The translations under genes and the position numbers were made by a program. A stretch of DNA of 64,000 nt from Octopus vulgaris (lineage: Eukaryota), in the NCBI GenBank assembly GCA_951406725.2, contig OX597826.1:79298001-79362000 (forward strand). The letters are read 5' to 3'. Shown piece after piece: positions 62,041 through 64,000 of this stretch (its first letter is position 1; each line of letters starts with the position of its first letter). The notes under the pieces were generated by a model that did not search any database, was not told the origin of the DNA, and saw only the letters and a program-made list of their open reading frames with translations.

Positions 62041-62759
62041 GTGAGCGAACAAACAGATTCCGTGTTCAAATTTCACCATATGTCATTGTAACAATGTTTT
62101 TTCTTCTCTTTTAATCTCATGTGGAGGTTCATCGTATTGCTAATAACCAAAACTAAGATGTAAGATACCATGTCAAGCAACTTTGTGGATCTCTCATGGT
62201 CATGGTATCAAGTTTGATTACACCTGGCTGAAGTGGTGTATTGGCCGAGTCACTAGAGTGTTCTGAGTTCAAATCCTGCCCAAGTCAAATTTACCTTTCA
62301 TCCTTTTGAGGGTCAATAAAAAATGGTACAAATCCAGTACAGTCAGCTTTCCATGCTAGCATGGGTTGGACAGTGGATTAAGGAAACTGTCTGAGAATTG
62401 GGTGAGGTACCTTGTGGAATTTGTTAAGGGTCTTTGTTTTCTGACAGCAACACCTGAAATGACACAAGTGCGAAATGCTATCAGCCTCAGTCAGTGGCAT
62501 GAAGTGTGGAGACTTGTCTGCATTGACCAACTGCTGGTCTTCCTAGAAAAAATTTTAATTTTTGCTCAAGTCTGCACATATATGCACAGTCAACATTGAC
62601 CAATGGAGGTCCTACATAGTCACCCAGCAAGTGATAGATGCATAACTTATGTCAGTGAGCCTGTTGTGTTTTCTTTATCTCAATTTGGTTCTTATAATTA
62701 TCTGCTATCACCTGGATTTGTTTGTTATCAGTTTGTTAGAGTCTCTCTCCAAGTCTAGC

Positions 62760-63050
62760 CACTTCTTTTCTGCATGGAGAGGTCATAGCTCCTGTACTAT
62801 AAGACACGTGATTAGAATGTCACAGGAAAGAATTGCAAGACAGATTCTTCAAGAAAAGCTGACGGGCAGGAGACTCTTGGGGCAGATCAAGAATCAGCTG
62901 GTTGGATAATTTTCATTGTCTCAGTTGGTAGAACTTGGGAATCCATCCGGGAAGTGTAATGATGGTTTCTTCTGATGGAGTCCTGCAGAAAAGGTGCCTG
63001 AAGACTCTACCCTGACAAATCCGCTCAGGAAGAGCAGCCAGAAAAGATGG
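62760..63050 (+). mobile_element. Decayed LINE C-terminal fragment
   Basis: Translates RHVIRMSQERIARQILQEKLTGRRLLG/..SWLDN, resembling the GHVxRM...GxRxRGRPRxxW LINE motif. Confidence 0.55.
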
Positions 63051-63369
63051 ACGAGTGCATTTTGTCTGTGTCTGCTGGGTTTCTTGGATGCTTTTCCTTC
63101 TGTATTATGAGCTTGTGGTCATACAGAAACAAATTATTATCTGACATATTCAAAATTGGATTGAAAAAAAAAGAAACACATAAAGAATTCATATTGATTA
63201 CCTGTATAAATTGTTGTGCAGCCTTCTGGCTTGTCACTCATCAGTTCAACTCCTCCAACCCATGCCAGCATGGAAAGCAAATGTGAAATGATAATGATGA
63301 TGATGATGATGATTGTTATTCAAACGATCAAATCCCTGTTATTATTTTTGTCTTCTTCTTGGATTCCAG

Positions 63370-63468
63370 CAAATTTTGGCCGGCGCTGTTCGTATTGCTG
63401 ACAAAGTGGAATATTACAAGACGTCTGTGTTGGTTCATTGCAGCGATGGTTGGGACCGAACTGCTCAG
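63370..63468 (+). CDS. MTMR2: MTMR2-like coding exon (99 bp, phase 0/0) with the catalytic CX5R motif; gene continues beyond the window
   Basis: ttccag|[33 protein letters not shown]|gtaatt. HCSDGWDRT is the signature of active myotubularin PI3P/PI(3,5)P2 3-phosphatases. Confidence 0.98.
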
Positions 63469-64000
63469 GTAATTTATAAATGATTATTTGTGAATTTATA
63501 TTTTCAGTTGGTTGTTGTTGTTGTTGTTGTTTTAGTCTAGTCCAGCCCTGACCAAGCAGACTTACAATCAAAGGTGTTGTACCTGTTACACGGTTGTTCA
63601 TTTTTGTGATTTCCAGGAATAGTAAAAGACCACATCATCTAATGTTTTCTTTCAGTGAAGGCATGTGGCTTAGTGGTCAGGGTATTAGGATCACGATTTT
63701 AAGGTCATGAGTTCAATTCCTGGCAGTTTGTTGTGTCCTTGAGCAAGGCACTTTATTTCACATTGCTCCAGTTCACACAACTTGCAGAAATGAGTGGGAC
63801 TTATATTCCAAGGGGCCAACCTTGTAACATTGTGTGTCACTCTGAATCTCCCTGAGAACTACATTAAAGGTACGTGTGTCTGTGGAGTGCTCAGCCACTT
63901 GTAGGTTAATTTCTTGAGGAGTCTGTTCCATTGATCGGATCAACTGGAACCCTCGTCATCATAACCAATGGAGTGCCAGTTAATGCTTTCTTCCTTTTTT

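Overview
AT-rich, microsatellite- and transposon-saturated animal genomic DNA. The repeat landscape suggests a cephalopod, probably Octopus (inference). The one clear host gene is a + strand, catalytically active myotubularin (MTMR2/MTMR1/MTM1 clade). Eleven GT-AG coding exons between 39587 and 63468 splice in frame from the PH-GRAM domain to the HCSDGWDRT phosphatase motif. The start exon is not firmly located and the gene continues past the window. The rest is mostly mobile DNA: a young 5'-truncated RTE LINE with one frameshift, an old fragmented RTE LINE, many RTE 3'-UTR fragments with (GAT)n tails, three tRNA-derived SINE families, piggyBac-, hAT- and mariner-type MITEs (often nested), Helitron/Helentron derivatives, a Dong/R4 LINE tail in (TAA)n, and Penelope-like remnants. 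Most notable: (1) a duplicated 43-bp minisatellite born inside a LINE zinc-finger, stop-free in all three minus-strand frames and encoding a 43-aa C-x2-C-x3-F-x8-H repeat; (2) an inverted pair of minimal hammerhead-ribozyme motifs inside a small myotubularin intron; (3) long fold-back structures beside myotubularin exons. Most ORFs in the supplied track are artefacts of simple repeats.
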